From assembly GCA_965215365.1 (NCBI GenBank), contig CBDCDS010000003.1, forward strand, positions 2,432,001-2,496,000: DNA of 64,000 bases. The letters are read 5' to 3'. A model generated the notes under the pieces. That model saw nothing but the letters and a program-made list of their open reading frames with translations, was not told the origin of the DNA and did no database searches. Shown piece after piece: positions 61,458 through 64,000 of the stretch (the first letter of the stretch is position 1; each line of letters begins with the position of its first letter). A program made the translations under genes and the position numbers. Source of the stretch: Gammaproteobacteria bacterium. GTDB lineage: Bacteria > Pseudomonadota > Gammaproteobacteria > Eutrophobiales > Eutrophobiaceae.

Positions 61458-62438
61458 TCAATATGAGACATAAACGTCGGCAAGCAGGTCCTCAGCCGTC
61501 GGCAACGGCGCCTGGCGGGCGTGTTCCAGCGCATCGTCCAGTTGCCGGATGACCTCCTCATCCACCTGTTCCAATGCCTCAGCGGTCACCAGCCCGGCAG
61601 CGACAGCCTTATCCCGGAAAATCATCAGGCAGTCTTTCTTATCACGTATCCGCTCCACCTCACCCTGGGGCCGGTAGCTGGCAGCGTCTCCTTCAAAATG
61701 ACCGTAGTAGCGGGACAGGTTGATATGTAAAAATGCCGGTCCCTTGCCGGCCCTGACATCTGCAATGACGGCGCCGGCGGTTTGGTACATCTGGAAAAAA
61801 TCATGACCATCAAGCGAGTGGGTTGCCAGTCCGAAGCCCCGCGCGCGCGCCGGCGCGTCCCCACCGATGGCCCAACTGGAAGGAGTCGCCTCGCCGTAGC
61901 CGTTGTCTTCCATGGCAAAGATCATCGGCAAATTCAGCACCTTGGCGAGATTCATGGTTTCCATGGTGGCGCCCTCGTTTAAGGCGCCGTCACCGAAGAA
62001 GGCTACAGCTACCCGATCGCTGCCGAGCACTTTCGACTTCAGCGCCGCGCCCGCGGCCAGCGGCACGCCGCCGCCGACGATACCGTTGGCACCGATCATG
62101 CCCTTACTCAGGTCAGCGAGGTGCATGGAACCGCCCTTGCCGGCGCACAGGCCGCTACGCTTGGCATAAATCTCATCCATCATGGCGACCACATCACACC
62201 CTTTGGCCAGACTGTGGCCGTGACCCCGGTGGGTGCTGGCGATATGATCCTGCTCGTTCAGGTGCAGACATATTCCCACCGCGCTGGCCTCCTGGCCGGC
62301 AGACAAGTGAATAAAGCCGGGAATCTCACCCTTGCTGTTATTCAGGTGGATGCGGTCTTCAAACTCGCGGATAGTGCGCATCGTGCGATAAGCCGCCAGC
62401 GCAGCTTCGGGCGACAGTTTAATGGCAGGGTCAGTCAT
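61458..62438 (-). CDS. ThDP-dependent dehydrogenase E1 alpha (AcoA-like)
   Basis: IPGFIHL..GQEA, STHRGHGH, GKGGSMH, FFGDGA...EDNGY, RYYGHFEGD. Confidence 0.92.
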   Translation of the reverse strand: MTDPAIKLSPEAALAAYRTMRTIREFEDRIHLNNSKGEIPGFIHLSAGQEASAVGICLHLNEQDHIASTHRGHGHSLAKGCDVVAMMDEIYAKRSGLCAGKGGSMHLADLSKGMIGANGIVGGGVPLAAGAALKSKVLGSDRVAVAFFGDGALNEGATMETMNLAKVLNLPMIFAMEDNGYGEATPSSWAIGGDAPARARGFGLATHSLDGHDFFQMYQTAGAVIADVRAGKGPAFLHINLSRYYGHFEGDAASYRPQGEVERIRDKKDCLMIFRDKAVAAGLVTAEALEQVDEEVIRQLDDALEHARQAPLPTAEDLLADVYVSY

Positions 62439-62501
62439 GCTTAACAGGTTATACGGGTGCAATACAAGATATTCGGCGACGCGCGCCAAGACTTCGGACG
62501 C

Positions 62502-62530
62502 AGTATATTGTGATCATGATTTGTAGTCAA
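62502..62530 (-). promoter_or_regulatory. Sigma70 promoter of the E1/E2 operon with operator copy 5 in the spacer
   Basis: Minus strand TTGACT (62525-62530)-17 nt-TATACT (62502-62507); ATTGTGATCA at 62507-62516. Confidence 0.7.
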
Positions 62531-62698
62531 AGTTTTTCAGGCTGAAGATTATTTCCGATGCAACGGACAGACATGGGAAAAATTCCTGATTATTTTTTCT
62601 CTTTTCCACGTATTAGCCCACAGCCTGAAACGCTATACTATCTCATTTTCAGCGCTTCGGTCACGTAACCACCACAATTTTTCAGGAGATTTTGCTGT

Positions 62699-64000
62699 AT
62701 GAAGACACCAGCTATCGCCCTGTTCCCGTCTCTGCTTATCTTGCTTGCGCTGTCCGGCGCCGGCGCCGCGCAGGAAACGTTGGAGGAGCTCAAGGTCATC
62801 GGCGTGACGCCGGCACGTGACGGGGTGGGATTATCAGCAGACAAAATTCCCTATCGGGTGCAGTCCTCTTCGGCGGCGGATATCGACCGCTCACAGAGCC
62901 TGGATATTTCCGACTATCTGCGCCACAATCTGGCCAGCGTTACCCACAACGACGCGCAGAACAACCCCTTGCAGCCGGATATACAGTACCGCGGTTACAC
63001 CGCCTCGCCGTTGCTGGGTCTGGCGCAGGGCATGTCGGTCTATCAGAACGGCGTGCGCATCAACGGGCCGCTGGGCGACACGGTGAACTGGGACCTGCTG
63101 CCCGAATCAGCCATTTACAGCATCGACCTGAGCGGCGGCGCCAACCCCCTGTTCGGCCTGAACACGGTAGGCGGCGCGCTGTCGCTGAAAATGAAGGACG
63201 GCTTTAACAGCGAAGGCCATAGCGCTGAGGTTTACGGTGGTTCCTTCGGGCGTATCGTCACCTCGGCGGAAAGCGGCGGCAACAACGGTGCCATGGGTTA
63301 TTACGCCAATGTGAGCTATTTTGAAGAGGACGGCTGGCGCGATGAATCACCCTCCGATGCCCTCAACCTTTACGGCAGCCTGAGCTGGCGTAGCAAGCTG
63401 TCACGCCTGAACCTGAATGTGCAGCACGGCAATAGTGATCTGATCGGCAACGGCGCCATCCCCGAGGAACTGCTGGCTGATGACCGCGCTGCCATCTTTA
63501 CCGCCCCCGATGTCACTGAGAACGACCTTATCATGGTCAGCCTGGACGGCAGCCATCACTTCAACGACAGGATTAAGCTGGACTTCAACTTCTTCTACCG
63601 CGAAAACGACGGTTCCTCATTCAATGGTGACGGCAGTGAATTTGGCCTGGAGTTCGATGATGACGATATGTGGATGCTGGTCGAAGAAGACGATGATGAT
63701 GATGACAACGGCGGTCACGATGACGATGACGACGATAACGGCCATGACGATGATGACCATGACCACGGCGACGATGATCACGATGAGGAAGAAGGCGTTG
63801 CAACCTATGGCGACGGCGATCCGTCGGACCTTGACTATGTAGCTATCAACAATACCAGCAGCCGCCGCCAGCAAAGCTACGGCGCCGACTTACAGTTGAC
63901 CTTCCTGAACGAACTGATGGGCAGGGAGAACCAGTTGCTCATGGGCTTCACTTACTACCAGGGTGACAGCGCTTTCCACTCTGAAACTGAATTGGCAGGC
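62699..64000 (+). CDS. TonB-dependent receptor, LutH-like, 3' truncated by window edge (absent from ORF track)
   Basis: MKTPAIALFPSLLILLALSGAGAAQETLEELKVIG; NPLQPDIQYRGYTASPLLG, VYQNGVRIN.PLGDTVNWDLLP, GGANPLFGLN; open to the window end. Confidence 0.85.
   Translation, partial: MKTPAIALFPSLLILLALSGAGAAQETLEELKVIGVTPARDGVGLSADKIPYRVQSSSAADIDRSQSLDISDYLRHNLASVTHNDAQNNPLQPDIQYRGYTASPLLGLAQGMSVYQNGVRINGPLGDTVNWDLLPESAIYSIDLSGGANPLFGLNTVGGALSLKMKDGFNSEGHSAEVYGGSFGRIVTSAESGGNNGAMGYYANVSYFEEDGWRDESPSDALNLYGSLSWRSKLSRLNLNVQHGNSDLIGNGAIPEELLADDRAAIFTAPDVTENDLIMVSLDGSHHFNDRIKLDFNFFYRENDGSSFNGDGSEFGLEFDDDDMWMLVEEDDDDDDNGGHDDDDDDNGHDDDDHDHGDDDHDEEEGVATYGDGDPSDLDYVAINNTSSRRQQSYGADLQLTFLNELMGRENQLLMGFTYYQGDSAFHSETELAG

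Noticed and set aside
39782-62516. TGTGA/TCACA motifs as CRP sites for the Crp at 14338
   Set aside because: CRP sites need TGTGA-N6-TCACA; here the half-sites are adjacent or reversed, and they are confined to the GntR-containing cluster
63656-63793. Repeat array or CRISPR-like region; ORFs 63480-63842, 63617-63874 and 63621-63803
   Set aside because: Low-complexity GAY/CAY codons within the TonB receptor frame; no repeat-spacer structure; the listed ORFs are shadow frames

Overview
Chromosomal window from a GC-rich gammaproteobacterium; methylotrophy-linked genes, IS relics and eroded genes suggest, by inference only, a marine and possibly host-associated organism. 1-35.9 kb: sulfate assimilation (cysH partial, cysB, TauE), ETF-QO, a TtpC-type TonB system, two near-identical IS481-family elements, a shortened class III cyclase next to a Crp regulator, dapE, aceA, a sigma54-type urease operon ureDABCEFG, a TonB receptor, ampDE, nadC, a decayed sensor kinase/restriction-modification relic, and fchA/mtdA. 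35.9-62.5 kb: a ~26 kb cluster for uptake and breakdown of an unidentified, probably N-heterocyclic, compound. It holds a TonB receptor, NCS2 permease, P450, three amidohydrolases, an M24 hydrolase, an isochorismatase-VOC fusion, 4-OT, an enolase-superfamily enzyme, an opine dehydrogenase, an orphan DpaA-like enzyme, two SDRs, two DUF2165 proteins and an AcoABC-like complex. Five of its promoter regions share a TGTGATCA(CA) palindrome, probably the operator of the embedded GntR regulator; this is the best candidate for an undescribed system. Also seen: a dispersed modular MITE family, a poly-C phase-variable exported gene, a hicBA insertion that appears to remove the start of a CobW GTPase, and a partial LutH-like receptor with an Asp/His-rich insert. 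No rRNA, tRNA or CRISPR array was seen. All family assignments come from motif recognition by eye, not from database searches.
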